Below, piece by piece: positions 48,433 to 58,110 of a DNA stretch of 64,000 nucleotides. The notes beneath the pieces are model-generated. The model was not told where the DNA came from, searched no databases, and worked only from the letters and a program-made list of their open reading frames with translations. Source of the stretch: a virus; IMG/VR virus record IMGVR_UViG_3300001460_000022, positions 5,780-69,779 of that record, one strand, 5' to 3'. The first letter of the stretch is position 1. Each line of letters begins with the position of its first letter. Made by a program: the position numbers and the translations under genes.

Positions 48433-48462
48433 AAAAAAGCCCCGCATTTCTGCGAGGCTTTT
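48433..48462 (-). terminator. Intrinsic terminator after the major tail protein gene
   Basis: GCCUCGCA-GAAA-UGCGGGGC-UUUUUU. Confidence 0.85.
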
Positions 48463-48483
48463 CTGGTTAACATTTATACCATA

Positions 48484-49728
48484 TTAATATGGACCGAGCG
48501 CATTGAGCTTATCATATAAGTTTGTTGTCGCATTATAATTGTCTGATGGAGCATTACCTGCTGCATTTGCACAATTACCAGTGTAAAATAATCCTTGGCC
48601 TGTAACGGTAGGACCACCGATTTGAGCAGAGAATGTCAAGTCAACAGTCTCGTTATCGTCTAGTCCGACAGAGAACGCCTGAGAATCAAGAGATGCATTT
48701 TCTAGTCTGTATGCATGTTGAGCTACTCCAGCGTCATCTTTAACAGTGATAGTTACATCTGTTGTATCGTCTCCAGCAGTTCCTGTAAGAACCATATCAA
48801 GAGCACCTGTAGAGAAATTTTTAAGAAGCGCACTTACACTCATGGTGACATTGATTGGGAAATCCAAAGGTCTTGCAACTGCTCTCTCAGCACCAAGTGC
48901 AGAGATATTAGTTCTAGACATCGGAACCTCAATTGAACAACTTTGAATGTGCATGTCAGACATGTCTGTTCCTCCCCACGACCATTTCTTTCTATCAAAA
49001 CCGATAGTAACATCTTCTGGACGAAGAACTAAAACACCCATATCTCCAGTGCTAGGAGCATCAAGTCTATATTGACCAGTGTCTGCCCTTGCTCCATCAG
49101 CATTTAATGCTGGGTTATATAATCCAGAACTACTTGTTTGAATCTGAATATTTTGAGCTTCACCCTCAATATCCACTCTTGGAATTTCTCCAACAGCGAA
49201 ATTAACACTATAACTATTGATGATGCAGTTTCCAAGGGAGACGACATCAGAAGAAAGTCTTTCTGCGGGGCTAAAAGCTGATGCTTTAAAAGCATCCTCC
49301 CCCTCTTTAACAGTAAGAACATAAAGGTTTTTTTCTCTTTTTTGAGCGTCTTCTGTCATCACACCTGAAATAAATTGTGATTTGACTTTAGGCTCAGTGA
49401 GTGTGTCAAGCCCTACTGTATTGAAACCCAAAGTAGCTTCGTTTTCTCCATTCCCCAAGTAATATCCAAGTGAGAAAGTGGGGTTAAGTTCTGACATAGT
49501 TACTGTCCCGATTCGTGCTAACTGACCAAACTCTCTGACATCTTGTCTTGCACCTGCAAGATCAACATCAAAAGAGAAGGTATCGACACGATGAAGCTGT
49601 GTTGGGATAAATCCCTTAACCCCCGCTAGGGCGGCGCTACCACCAAACTCTGTTTGGACAGGCAGAAGTCCTGTAGGAGAAGCATAAACAGCCTTGCTTT
49701 GTGAAATTACTCTTGTTCTAGAAGCCAT
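48484..49728 (-). CDS. Major tail tube protein
   Basis: Follows the neck genes. Has tandem GTGTAA motifs upstream and its own terminator, as expected for an abundant virion protein. Beta-rich with an internal duplication. Confidence 0.7.
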   Translation of the reverse strand: MASRTRVISQSKAVYASPTGLLPVQTEFGGSAALAGVKGFIPTQLHRVDTFSFDVDLAGARQDVREFGQLARIGTVTMSELNPTFSLGYYLGNGENEATLGFNTVGLDTLTEPKVKSQFISGVMTEDAQKREKNLYVLTVKEGEDAFKASAFSPAERLSSDVVSLGNCIINSYSVNFAVGEIPRVDIEGEAQNIQIQTSSSGLYNPALNADGARADTGQYRLDAPSTGDMGVLVLRPEDVTIGFDRKKWSWGGTDMSDMHIQSCSIEVPMSRTNISALGAERAVARPLDFPINVTMSVSALLKNFSTGALDMVLTGTAGDDTTDVTITVKDDAGVAQHAYRLENASLDSQAFSVGLDDNETVDLTFSAQIGGPTVTGQGLFYTGNCANAAGNAPSDNYNATTNLYDKLNALGPY

Positions 49729-49755
49729 ATTAATTTAAATTAAAAGTTGAAATGT

Positions 49756-49771
49756 TTACACTTTCTTACAC
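49756..49771 (-). promoter_or_regulatory. Tandem GTGTAA motifs
   Basis: GTGTAA-GAAA-GTGTAA upstream of the tail tube ATG. Confidence 0.6.
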
Positions 49772-49775
49772 GGAT

Positions 49776-50660
49776 TTATAGTCTTGGGAAACGATAAGTG
49801 CATAATTCAAAGTCCAAAAACCCAATTGAAATATTTTTATTAAGGTTTTCTCTAATCTTCTCTGATACTACTTTTGAAGCAGAAACGTCTTGAATATGCG
49901 ACTTATCAGGGTCTGTTTGAGCCGCTACTAGAGAATCGTAGTTATATGGAAAATCTTTAATAGAGAAAGAAAAACCGTAAGGAAAACTTTCATACGGAAT
50001 ATGCGTAATATCTTCTCTTACAGAATCTCGGAAAAGAGACATGACTGAATCTAAAGTATAATTATCAAACGAAAGGATCATAACCCTCATGCTTGTTCTA
50101 GTGTCTTCTTCTCCCCCGAAAGAAAACTCTGTATTATTAGATGAAGCTTGTGAAATAAAACAAGCAGGTAAAAAATATGTTGTTTCGTCATATTCATCCG
50201 TTTTCCCATATTGATAAGGTAATTCTGTAGCACTGTCTTTAAAATCTGAGTGAATGATTACCTGTGCGTCTGTATCATTAGTTATGTAAGTGTTAACTTC
50301 TTTTACAGTAGAATTAGCTGTTAATGAAGTGCTGCCAATAGCAGCACCTGATGTTTTTGGAAAAATTAATCTACCATTTTCATAATCAGTGAAGACCCCT
50401 CCATTTTGATCGTAGTTTCCTGTAATAAAATGATTGCCCAAAAAGAAACCAGAGTTTGGTTGATCTACTGAGGATTCCCCTACCAGAGATCGATATTTTC
50501 CTTGGAAGGCTATATGTGAAGACGGGATATCTGAGAAACTTCCAGATGTGAAAGCATTATCTAAATTAATCGCATACGCTTTGGAGTTATCTGATAATAG
50601 CTTGTTTTCAAACCATAGATAAAAACTCGACAAAACATTCTGGTCAAATTGTGCTTTCAT
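49776..50660 (-). CDS. Putative tail terminator / neck protein
   Basis: Position before the tube gene, with LPACFI...FSFGG motifs. Confidence 0.5.
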   Translation of the reverse strand: MKAQFDQNVLSSFYLWFENKLLSDNSKAYAINLDNAFTSGSFSDIPSSHIAFQGKYRSLVGESSVDQPNSGFFLGNHFITGNYDQNGGVFTDYENGRLIFPKTSGAAIGSTSLTANSTVKEVNTYITNDTDAQVIIHSDFKDSATELPYQYGKTDEYDETTYFLPACFISQASSNNTEFSFGGEEDTRTSMRVMILSFDNYTLDSVMSLFRDSVREDITHIPYESFPYGFSFSIKDFPYNYDSLVAAQTDPDKSHIQDVSASKVVSEKIRENLNKNISIGFLDFELCTYRFPRL

Positions 50661-51304
50661 AAATCTAATCTTAACATCTTCTTTTTGAAGTTATCTATTA
50701 ACTGTTTAATATAAGCACTTCTTCTTAAAGTTACACCAGAAGATCTGTTTTTGACTTGTATACCTGTCCCAGAACTAGATTGACCAAATCCTGTAGAACT
50801 AAATAGGTATTGACCCAAGTTAGTTAATCCCCCTTCTTCAAGGCTTTTTGCCCAACTCTTTCCAGTCATCCAAGGTATGGGGGTAAGGCTATATATTTCC
50901 TCAATACTAGGTATATAAAAAGTAGCCATATATCTACCCTTTGAATTAATTCTTCTAACAGTAAATTTTATTTTCTGTTTAAATATTTCTGATATTATAG
51001 ACGTAGGATCATCAGAAGAAGAAAAACCAATAAATGAAAATAGGTTTCCATAACCTCCCAAAGTGCCACTAGTATTTGAGGCATTCGGACCAGCGTTTAA
51101 TTCTAAAGTTATTGGGTGAATAGAAAATTCTTTTTCTAACTCTTTCCTTCTTTCTTCTATTTTAGGTTCTATAACATTTCTTACTGCCATGGCCATACTT
51201 TTAGAGTTTGGCCTATCTACGGTTAGCTCTCTCAATAGTTCTTTTGCATTAATAGTAACTACTGGGGCTGAAGCTGATATAAAACCTTTCCTAGCCATTA
51301 CCAT
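50657..51304 (-). CDS. Putative neck / tail-completion protein
   Basis: Basic protein in the neck position, with NLFSFIGF and W...SW...E motifs. Confidence 0.5.
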   Translation of the reverse strand: MVMARKGFISASAPVVTINAKELLRELTVDRPNSKSMAMAVRNVIEPKIEERRKELEKEFSIHPITLELNAGPNASNTSGTLGGYGNLFSFIGFSSSDDPTSIISEIFKQKIKFTVRRINSKGRYMATFYIPSIEEIYSLTPIPWMTGKSWAKSLEEGGLTNLGQYLFSSTGFGQSSSGTGIQVKNRSSGVTLRRSAYIKQLIDNFKKKMLRLDL

Positions 51305-51750
51305 TAATTCTCACGTTTTAAAAATATAGAATAAAACTGAGCGTCAAATGGTCCGATTACTTTTGCGTCTCCGTCAACAATGTATAGCTCATCATCAACT
51401 TCTATTTTAGAACAAATCTTGATCTTTTCATAAGCATCAGATTTTACCTTAATTCTTATTTGACCCTCTGAAGCTAAAAGATTCATTTGACCATTTCCAT
51501 CAATAATATCTTCCTTTTGTTCATTCTTATAATAAATCCGAGCGTCAAAAGAATGTCTTGTTAAAGTTATCTCTGAAGAAATTTTTGCAGTATTTTTAGT
51601 GCGCCCATATAATGGGTTATAATTAAGCTCTGCTGGGACGCTACTAGCTTCTTCTACATAAACATATATAGTTCTAGAAAAAGTATCATGAACATTACTT
51701 AACGCTGAATTAATAGCTGTTTTTTCTGCATCTGTAAGTAGAGAAGCCAT
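51304..51750 (-). CDS. Putative head-closure protein
   Basis: 148-aa beta-rich ORF with YNPLYG and IEVDDELY, in the connector position. Confidence 0.5.
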   Translation of the reverse strand: MASLLTDAEKTAINSALSNVHDTFSRTIYVYVEEASSVPAELNYNPLYGRTKNTAKISSEITLTRHSFDARIYYKNEQKEDIIDGNGQMNLLASEGQIRIKVKSDAYEKIKICSKIEVDDELYIVDGDAKVIGPFDAQFYSIFLKREN

Positions 51751-51754
51751 ATTA

Positions 51755-52249
51755 TCACACTAATTTTCCTGATAAATTAAAAGTGCCGTCAGTTCCTGCA
51801 ACCTGAATTGGAGAAGATTTTTGATAGTTATATTGATAAACAAGATCATTTAATCTTTTGGAGGTTTCTGCTGACAAATCTCTATACGTTTTAGCAACAG
51901 AATTTTTGTTCTGTCTTTGGATAGTTGTATCACCCTCTTTAATTGTAACCCAATCAACAGAATCAGAATAAGTAAAAGATCTCAAAGATTCTCTAGCTGA
52001 TTTTTGATAATACCAAAGTTCATAAAGAGTGGTATATATATTTTTTTCAACAGGCAATAACCCAGAATTAGAACCTACCATCGTAATTGCCCCCGTAGAG
52101 TTTACTTCAAACTCTTCGTGTGTTATACCATTTAATTCTCCTATATTAGTTTCTAACCACCCAGAGACAAAGCCTACATTATAAGAACCCGTATCATTCG
52201 GGAAATCATATGTTACAATATCTGTCGCTATAGATCCAAGATCATTCAT
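51755..52249 (-). CDS. Putative head-tail adaptor
   Basis: Helical ORF containing a TIKEGDTTIQR hairpin. Called from position. Confidence 0.5.
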   Translation of the reverse strand: MNDLGSIATDIVTYDFPNDTGSYNVGFVSGWLETNIGELNGITHEEFEVNSTGAITMVGSNSGLLPVEKNIYTTLYELWYYQKSARESLRSFTYSDSVDWVTIKEGDTTIQRQNKNSVAKTYRDLSAETSKRLNDLVYQYNYQKSSPIQVAGTDGTFNLSGKLV

Positions 52250-52252
52250 AAA

Positions 52253-52687
52253 TTACAAATCCTTAAATAACTTTACAGCAGATTCGTAATCTGGGGAACT
52301 AGGATCTATAATTGGTTTCGCTTGCCCTTGAACAGTGACATTATGTTTTTGTACATAAAAATCAAAAGACTTCATTAAAGACTTCCTTAAAAGATTATTA
52401 TTTCTTTCTCTTGGGACACCTATTTTAGCAGCTAAATCCGTTAAATCAGCGACAGAACTCGCGTCAACTCTTTGCTTAAAAAGATCCCTATGCATAGTCC
52501 CATAAGGATTCATTTGAGGCATTCCTAACAATTCTTCAAGTTCTTTTACTTTTTCGATCTCTTTCTCCTTTTCGCTTCTCTCTTTCCCATCCGTAATATC
52601 AAAATCCTCAAGGTGTTTCTTTTCGACACCTTTTGATACATTCATTTCAGTAGCAATTTTTTTTTCTGTAGACTTTTTCTCACTCAT
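52253..52687 (-). CDS. Hypothetical protein
   Basis: 144-aa ORF with its own sigma70-type promoter. Confidence 0.65.
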   Translation of the reverse strand: MSEKKSTEKKIATEMNVSKGVEKKHLEDFDITDGKERSEKEKEIEKVKELEELLGMPQMNPYGTMHRDLFKQRVDASSVADLTDLAAKIGVPRERNNNLLRKSLMKSFDFYVQKHNVTVQGQAKPIIDPSSPDYESAVKLFKDL

Positions 52688-52692
52688 AATAC

Positions 52693-52721
52693 ATGATAAT
52701 TGAATTTTTGGTAAAAATCAA
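52693..52721 (-). promoter_or_regulatory. sigma70-type promoter for a leaderless transcript
   Basis: TTGATT-17 bp-TATCAT, then 5 nt to the ATG at 52687. Confidence 0.55.
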
Positions 52722-52722
52722 T

Positions 52723-52757
52723 AAAAAAGAGCCGCCCCTTTCGGAGCGACTCTCTTT
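52723..52757 (-). terminator. Intrinsic terminator after the major capsid gene
   Basis: GAGAGUCGCUCC-GAAA-GGGGCGGCUCUU-UUUU. Confidence 0.88.
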
Positions 52758-52776
52758 ATGATTGTGTGCTATCTTC

Positions 52777-53925
52777 TTAAGAGCTAGTTCCAATTGCAAG
52801 TCCGATAAGGGCTTTGTCATCAATACAGATGCGTCCCTCTTCAACTTTGCCGTAGTAACCGATCTTGTTCTGACGAACAGAGAACTGATCGTCAACAAGA
52901 ACTTGGAACTCAGAAGGAGAACCTTCACCGATAACCGTAGGACGAATAAGAGAGTCCTTGGAACGGTCAACACCGATAAGAATCTGATCATTGGCCTGAG
53001 TGAATGAACCACCCTGTCCACCAGTGACATTACCTTCTGCCGCAGCGATAGTAGCAAACAGCTTATTAAAGCGCTGATTTTTACCCATCTCATTAACTTC
53101 CATGATGTTAATACCATAGAAAGATGGAAGACCAGCACCAGCGTAAAGCTCTGCGCGGAGGTTCTCAGGAGCTACCTGACCGTCAGTTCCAGCAGCAACA
53201 GTTCCGTCCGAATCAACAGTGTTGATTGGGTTGTAAGCCATTGCACGAAGGTCTTCGACGATTTCTGGTGAAACCAGAAGGTCAGTAATTCCAGATTTAA
53301 CTCCACCAACAGGTGTTCCCCCGTTGAATGAACTATTAACACGCTTGCTTGCAGTGATCAAGTTATTGAGATCGTGAAGGATCATGCGATCCGACTGTGT
53401 TCCCTGAATAACCTGACTTCCTTGGGTTCCAGCACTTCCTGTAGCTTTACAGAGAGCAGTGGCAAGGACATTGAAAGCAGTTTTGGTTTGCTTAAGTAAA
53501 ACTTCTTGAGCCATCCTAGTGAAAGTCTTGCTAACAACATCAAGGCGAGCCTTACGGACATACTTGCGATCAAACGCAAGAGCGCTGTCCAAGGTGTAAG
53601 TCTGGAACTTGAGTTCATTGTGAGCAGGAAAGACTTGACTATAAGGTAGCCCTCCAGCAACTTGCTGAGAATACACCTGAATGTAGTCCTCATCAGTGAT
53701 ATCGTGGAAAAGATCCAAAGGCAAAGAAGGGTTGTCATCTTCTCCATAAGAAATTGTGCTATACAGATTTCCAATTGTTGGAGCGTTATTGATAACTTCC
53801 GATACTACAGGTCCAAGCAGTTCTGCAACCGCCGCCTGTGCCTCATAAGCTTCTTCACGATTATTAGATCCCATTGCTCTTACAAGAGCCAACTGATCTT
53901 CAGTTCTTTTGATTGTGATTTTCAT
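52777..53925 (-). CDS. Major capsid protein
   Basis: 382 aa, downstream of the portal, protease and decoration genes. Codon usage differs visibly from neighbours, a strong terminator follows, and it has an HK97-like DLLVSPE...FYGINI pattern. Confidence 0.8.
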   Translation of the reverse strand: MKITIKRTEDQLALVRAMGSNNREEAYEAQAAVAELLGPVVSEVINNAPTIGNLYSTISYGEDDNPSLPLDLFHDITDEDYIQVYSQQVAGGLPYSQVFPAHNELKFQTYTLDSALAFDRKYVRKARLDVVSKTFTRMAQEVLLKQTKTAFNVLATALCKATGSAGTQGSQVIQGTQSDRMILHDLNNLITASKRVNSSFNGGTPVGGVKSGITDLLVSPEIVEDLRAMAYNPINTVDSDGTVAAGTDGQVAPENLRAELYAGAGLPSFYGINIMEVNEMGKNQRFNKLFATIAAAEGNVTGGQGGSFTQANDQILIGVDRSKDSLIRPTVIGEGSPSEFQVLVDDQFSVRQNKIGYYGKVEEGRICIDDKALIGLAIGTSS

Positions 53926-53936
53926 GATCGTAAATA

Positions 53937-54587
53937 TTAGCAGTCAAGTTTTAAAATTGCGTAAGCACCTGCGAATGCATCGGTGGTGCCACCTTGAGAT
54001 TCCCGTAATCCAGTCGCGATAAACTGACCAATACTATGAGTTACATGGAAGTGGTGTTTAGCGTGATTAGAATCGTGAAATCCAGTAATCGTTCCGTTAG
54101 CAGCGGGCGCTGCGATAGAGCCAATAGCAGGTAAACCTAATGCTTGTCCATTTGCAGGACCAGCAAGACCTTTGGAGTTAATAGTAAAGAGTCCTTTCGT
54201 AGCGATTGGAACAGCTTCACCAGAAACAACGCACTGGAGTTCTTCTTTCTTTTCGGGGTAATACAAAAGATTTTCCCCATTTTCATCTACATTACGCACA
54301 TCGCGTAAGAGAATCCCTAAAGCTTGCTCACCAACACCCGTGCTGTGCATTTTGGTAACCTTGTAAGGAACCGTTGGGTATAAAGATAAGCCGTTGCCTA
54401 AAGTATTTTGAAACGAGTTAGAATCTCCCCGTGTCGTATACTCTACAGGCTCTTCAGAAAGATTAGCTGATTTAATCTTTACTACAGAACCCGCTTCGCC
54501 CGTTTCTTTGTCGTATGAATAGAAATTGATAACATCATTCTCATCATATTGACGAAACGGCAATAAACGTGTAATTTCGTTAGCCAT
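53937..54587 (-). CDS. Capsid decoration / cement protein
   Basis: Lies between the scaffold and MCP genes. LGILL.DV...DENGE...VVSGEAVPIATKG. Confidence 0.6.
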   Translation of the reverse strand: MANEITRLLPFRQYDENDVINFYSYDKETGEAGSVVKIKSANLSEEPVEYTTRGDSNSFQNTLGNGLSLYPTVPYKVTKMHSTGVGEQALGILLRDVRNVDENGENLLYYPEKKEELQCVVSGEAVPIATKGLFTINSKGLAGPANGQALGLPAIGSIAAPAANGTITGFHDSNHAKHHFHVTHSIGQFIATGLRESQGGTTDAFAGAYAILKLDC

Positions 54588-54609
54588 AATTGATTTATTT
54601 TAGTTTTTT

Positions 54610-56109
54610 TTAATTTGATACTTCTACAGAGAAGTTCTTCTTTAGCCTTTCGACAAAAGAAACCTGTTCACTAGCTTCAGCGTTGTTATTAGGGATGGAT
54701 GCCTCTGCCTCATCTCCCTCAATCTCAAGCTCTTCCTCTGACTCTTCTCCCGCAGCTTCTACCTCTTCAGGGTCATCCCCTTCTTCGCGGCTAGCTACTG
54801 CTTCTTCGATACGAGCCTTAATCTCAGCTTCTTTAGCTTCGATATTTTTCTTCAGCTTGTGTGCAAAAATCACCTCAAGCTTCTCCTTATAATTATTGAA
54901 ATCTTCTTCAGAAGAACCAAGTTCTTTAACTTCAGCAGTGACTAAAGAAATCTCTTTTTCATTAAGATCGTAATCACTATCAACAAAGTTCATGCGGTCG
55001 TTGAAAAGATCTACGGCAGCTTTTGCCTCCACTTCTCCTTTGAGCGCATCAAGTTCTTCTTTTGTCTGCTTGAAAGAGTCTTGTAACTCTGCAAGCTCTG
55101 CTTCAGCTTTCGCTTTAGCTTCCTGCTCAACTTCCATCTTGGATGTCCAAGACTCGTTGTGTTCTACGAGAGTATCACGGATAGTCTCGCTAACAGTTTT
55201 AGCCTCTGAGCCTTCCTTCACTGCTGAAGCAACACTCTTGGACAACTGAGTAATAAGTTGGTCGAATTGTTCTTTATCCATATTAAAAATGTTTTTTAAT
55301 TTGTTTGACTTTACATTAATATTAGCGTTTCGGGAAATTTTTTCTAATTTTTTATTGCTGTCTTCTTCTTTTGTTGTATAGACACCCCTTACAGCAGCAG
55401 CAGGGTTTCTTGTTAATGCTGCTCCTAATGGGTAAGTTTGACCAACAATTAATCTATTAACAGGCTTGCCTTCTGGATCTTCTCCTTTGCCGCCTAAACC
55501 CTTGACATATTGCTTTAGGTCTTCTTTTTCGGCACCTGTCGCAATAGTAGAATCTTCTAAAAATTTAGATCCAACTGCTACTTCAAATTCTTTAAATGCT
55601 AACTCCCAACTAGTAGAAATACTCTGATAGGTTTCTTCATTTTTTTCTGAAGCATCTTCAATAGCTTCCGCTAACTTTGGATAAACTGATTTATAAATTA
55701 AGCCAGCAGCATTCATATAGAATGGCTCTTTCTTGTCGGCGTAGGATTCAATGTCGTTATTTTTAAAATCAAATTCTCTATCAGAGAAGGACGCATTAAT
55801 CATATGACCGACGATTTTATCTTTTTTGTGTTCGATGTTAATGGGCTTATTGATAAATCTTTTTATAGCAGCTATTGCAGTTTTTGCGTCGATGCCATCG
55901 CCATTTTTGTTGAACTCATTAACTTTTGCTAAGTTAAAAACAACTGGTAAAACGTCGATATTTTGATCTGGGTCAAAACCTTCTGGCAACAGAGATTCTG
56001 CGGCCTCTTGGATATTCGCCTGAGAGAGTCCGAATAGTTCAAACTCTTCATCTTTTATCTCCCTTACCTTGCCTTCAAATAAACAAATATTAAAATCATC
56101 CAATGACAT
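54610..56109 (-). CDS. Prohead protease-scaffold fusion
   Basis: N-terminal NKNGD...KPINIEH...IVGH...STSWE...NPAA protease-like domain and an acidic coiled-coil C-terminus. GTGTAA 8 nt upstream. Confidence 0.72.
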   Translation of the reverse strand: MSLDDFNICLFEGKVREIKDEEFELFGLSQANIQEAAESLLPEGFDPDQNIDVLPVVFNLAKVNEFNKNGDGIDAKTAIAAIKRFINKPINIEHKKDKIVGHMINASFSDREFDFKNNDIESYADKKEPFYMNAAGLIYKSVYPKLAEAIEDASEKNEETYQSISTSWELAFKEFEVAVGSKFLEDSTIATGAEKEDLKQYVKGLGGKGEDPEGKPVNRLIVGQTYPLGAALTRNPAAAVRGVYTTKEEDSNKKLEKISRNANINVKSNKLKNIFNMDKEQFDQLITQLSKSVASAVKEGSEAKTVSETIRDTLVEHNESWTSKMEVEQEAKAKAEAELAELQDSFKQTKEELDALKGEVEAKAAVDLFNDRMNFVDSDYDLNEKEISLVTAEVKELGSSEEDFNNYKEKLEVIFAHKLKKNIEAKEAEIKARIEEAVASREEGDDPEEVEAAGEESEEELEIEGDEAEASIPNNNAEASEQVSFVERLKKNFSVEVSN

Positions 56110-56117
56110 ACCTTTTC

Positions 56118-58067
56118 TTACACAGAAATTTGAGTTGAATGATATAAAATTGCAGAAGATAAGTCATCTAATTGATGCTGGTTGCCTAATTCAAGAATGC
56201 TTGCATTGACATTTAGTGAACTTAATTTATCTAAATCCGCTACTATTTCAGCTAAAGTAGATTCCCATTCAGTAGCATCTTTTGCTATAACAATAGATTC
56301 ACAAACTTGAGAGACCATTTCTTTTTTTTCTTTAGACATTCTCTTTAAACCAAATTTAGAAGCAAATTCTTTGAAAGCTAATAGTTCAAATTCATTTAAT
56401 CTTTTAGTTGCCTCGACAATATTTTTCTTTGAATAATTTGAGTTTGATACTCCCACTGGTCTACCACCAGAAGGAGATACAGGTTTCTCTTCTTTCTTCT
56501 CTGGCTCAGATGATGTTTCTCCATCATCATACAAATTAATTGTATTAACCAATGGCATATAATGCCCTTTTTCTCTATCATCGACAAATTTTCTTTGAGC
56601 AGCTTCCATATCTTTCCCTTCTGGAAAGACACCAGTGTGAACAACTTGCATCCCTTGTTCTGGGGTAAGGACACCAAGCTCCATAAGTCTTGTCGCTAAC
56701 TTGGAAAGATTATTGTCATCCATAGTATCAGTCTTAACAAATTTAGCCTCTGGAAAACTACGCAAGCCAGCCGCCTTACAAATCCTTCTAATCTCTGGAT
56801 TTATAAAATCTTGAATAAATGCCCTTCTAGACTCTTCAAGTCTCTGAAAAAAAACTTTCATCTTCATTGTAGCATCAGAATACTTGGAATCTCCGATAAG
56901 CACATTCTGTAACCCATCCTCAATATCTTTATTAATTACGGCATACTTTTCTGGACCAACTACTTTTTTAATGTCTGGGATAATAAAATCTGCTTTAGTT
57001 GTATAATCAGATACAAGAACTCGACCAACGCTTTGGTTTTTAAAAATTGTTTGCATAGCAGCAAGATTTTTGTGGTTCACCCCCCCTTTATCTGGCTCAT
57101 TCCCCATTGTAACAAGCAATACGACATTTTCAATTGATCTACTAATTGCCTGATCAATATTTTTTAATTCTATTTTTCTGTTAATATCATCAAGAACAGA
57201 ATAACCTACAGGAATAGCAAGAGGTTCATAATCTTGTTTTTTTGCGAAAACTACATGAAGAAGTTGTGGGTCGAGTTTGATTTGGACCCTTGTCATTGCA
57301 TAAGCTTTTTTACCAGACTTAAGAGCCTCTTGAACATCCTCGGGCAAAGAGTTAAAGGTTTCCATTTCGTGTTCTGTCTCTGGTTTTTGTAACCTAGAAA
57401 TTTCAAAAGGACTTAATACTTTAAAATATTCATAACCACTAAATGAAACAGAACCTTTTGTAGCGATATCTGTAGGGTTAATTAACAAATATCTAATAGG
57501 AATTTCTTTTCTTGAACTCGCTCCATACGCCTCAAGCATTTTTTGAGAGTTTTTAAGAGGTATTTTACCGTCTATTCTGTAGAAGAAAACATTACCTGAT
57601 CTATAATACTCTCTAAAATATTGTTGTTTTAAATCATGCATCCTGATTCTTTTAAACCAAGCTTCAATGAATTTTTTTGATTTTTCTGTACCTCCCTCAA
57701 GATATAATTCTGAATCTGCGAATTCTGATAAAAGATCTATAGTCCCTCTAAAAGAAGAGATATTGAAATAAGCTTTTTGACAAAGCTCAACAGCTTCTCT
57801 CGCATCAGCAGCATCTTTCTCGTAGTTAAATGGCAAAAGACCATCTTTAATGTTGCTAAATTTTTTGCCTAGACCAGAGGTAGCTACTGCATTAGTTCTT
57901 GCTTGAGTTCTAGACGATGGTGAATTTAACCTAGATGCAAAAATAGGTTCTCCAATTAATTCTGGACTAAAGGCTTCTTCTTGGGGTTTTAATAAATCCT
58001 CCATCGGAGATTTATCGTTTTTAAATTTTTCCCAATATTCTGATCGTTTGGTATATTTACGAGGCAT
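56118..58067 (-). CDS. Portal protein
   Basis: Directly after TerL. FREYYRSGNVFFY motif. Start moved to the ATG at 58067, which has GTGTAA 8 nt upstream. Confidence 0.8.
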   Translation of the reverse strand: MPRKYTKRSEYWEKFKNDKSPMEDLLKPQEEAFSPELIGEPIFASRLNSPSSRTQARTNAVATSGLGKKFSNIKDGLLPFNYEKDAADAREAVELCQKAYFNISSFRGTIDLLSEFADSELYLEGGTEKSKKFIEAWFKRIRMHDLKQQYFREYYRSGNVFFYRIDGKIPLKNSQKMLEAYGASSRKEIPIRYLLINPTDIATKGSVSFSGYEYFKVLSPFEISRLQKPETEHEMETFNSLPEDVQEALKSGKKAYAMTRVQIKLDPQLLHVVFAKKQDYEPLAIPVGYSVLDDINRKIELKNIDQAISRSIENVVLLVTMGNEPDKGGVNHKNLAAMQTIFKNQSVGRVLVSDYTTKADFIIPDIKKVVGPEKYAVINKDIEDGLQNVLIGDSKYSDATMKMKVFFQRLEESRRAFIQDFINPEIRRICKAAGLRSFPEAKFVKTDTMDDNNLSKLATRLMELGVLTPEQGMQVVHTGVFPEGKDMEAAQRKFVDDREKGHYMPLVNTINLYDDGETSSEPEKKEEKPVSPSGGRPVGVSNSNYSKKNIVEATKRLNEFELLAFKEFASKFGLKRMSKEKKEMVSQVCESIVIAKDATEWESTLAEIVADLDKLSSLNVNASILELGNQHQLDDLSSAILYHSTQISV

Positions 58068-58110
58068 ATGAAAGTTTACACTAAAGTTATAAAAGTTACT
58101 TTGAAACTTT

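Noticed and set aside
31530-52249. Contractile tail (sheath, baseplate wedge)
   Set aside because: No sheath or baseplate J-like gene is recognisable between the neck and the tape measure. One could still lie outside the window.
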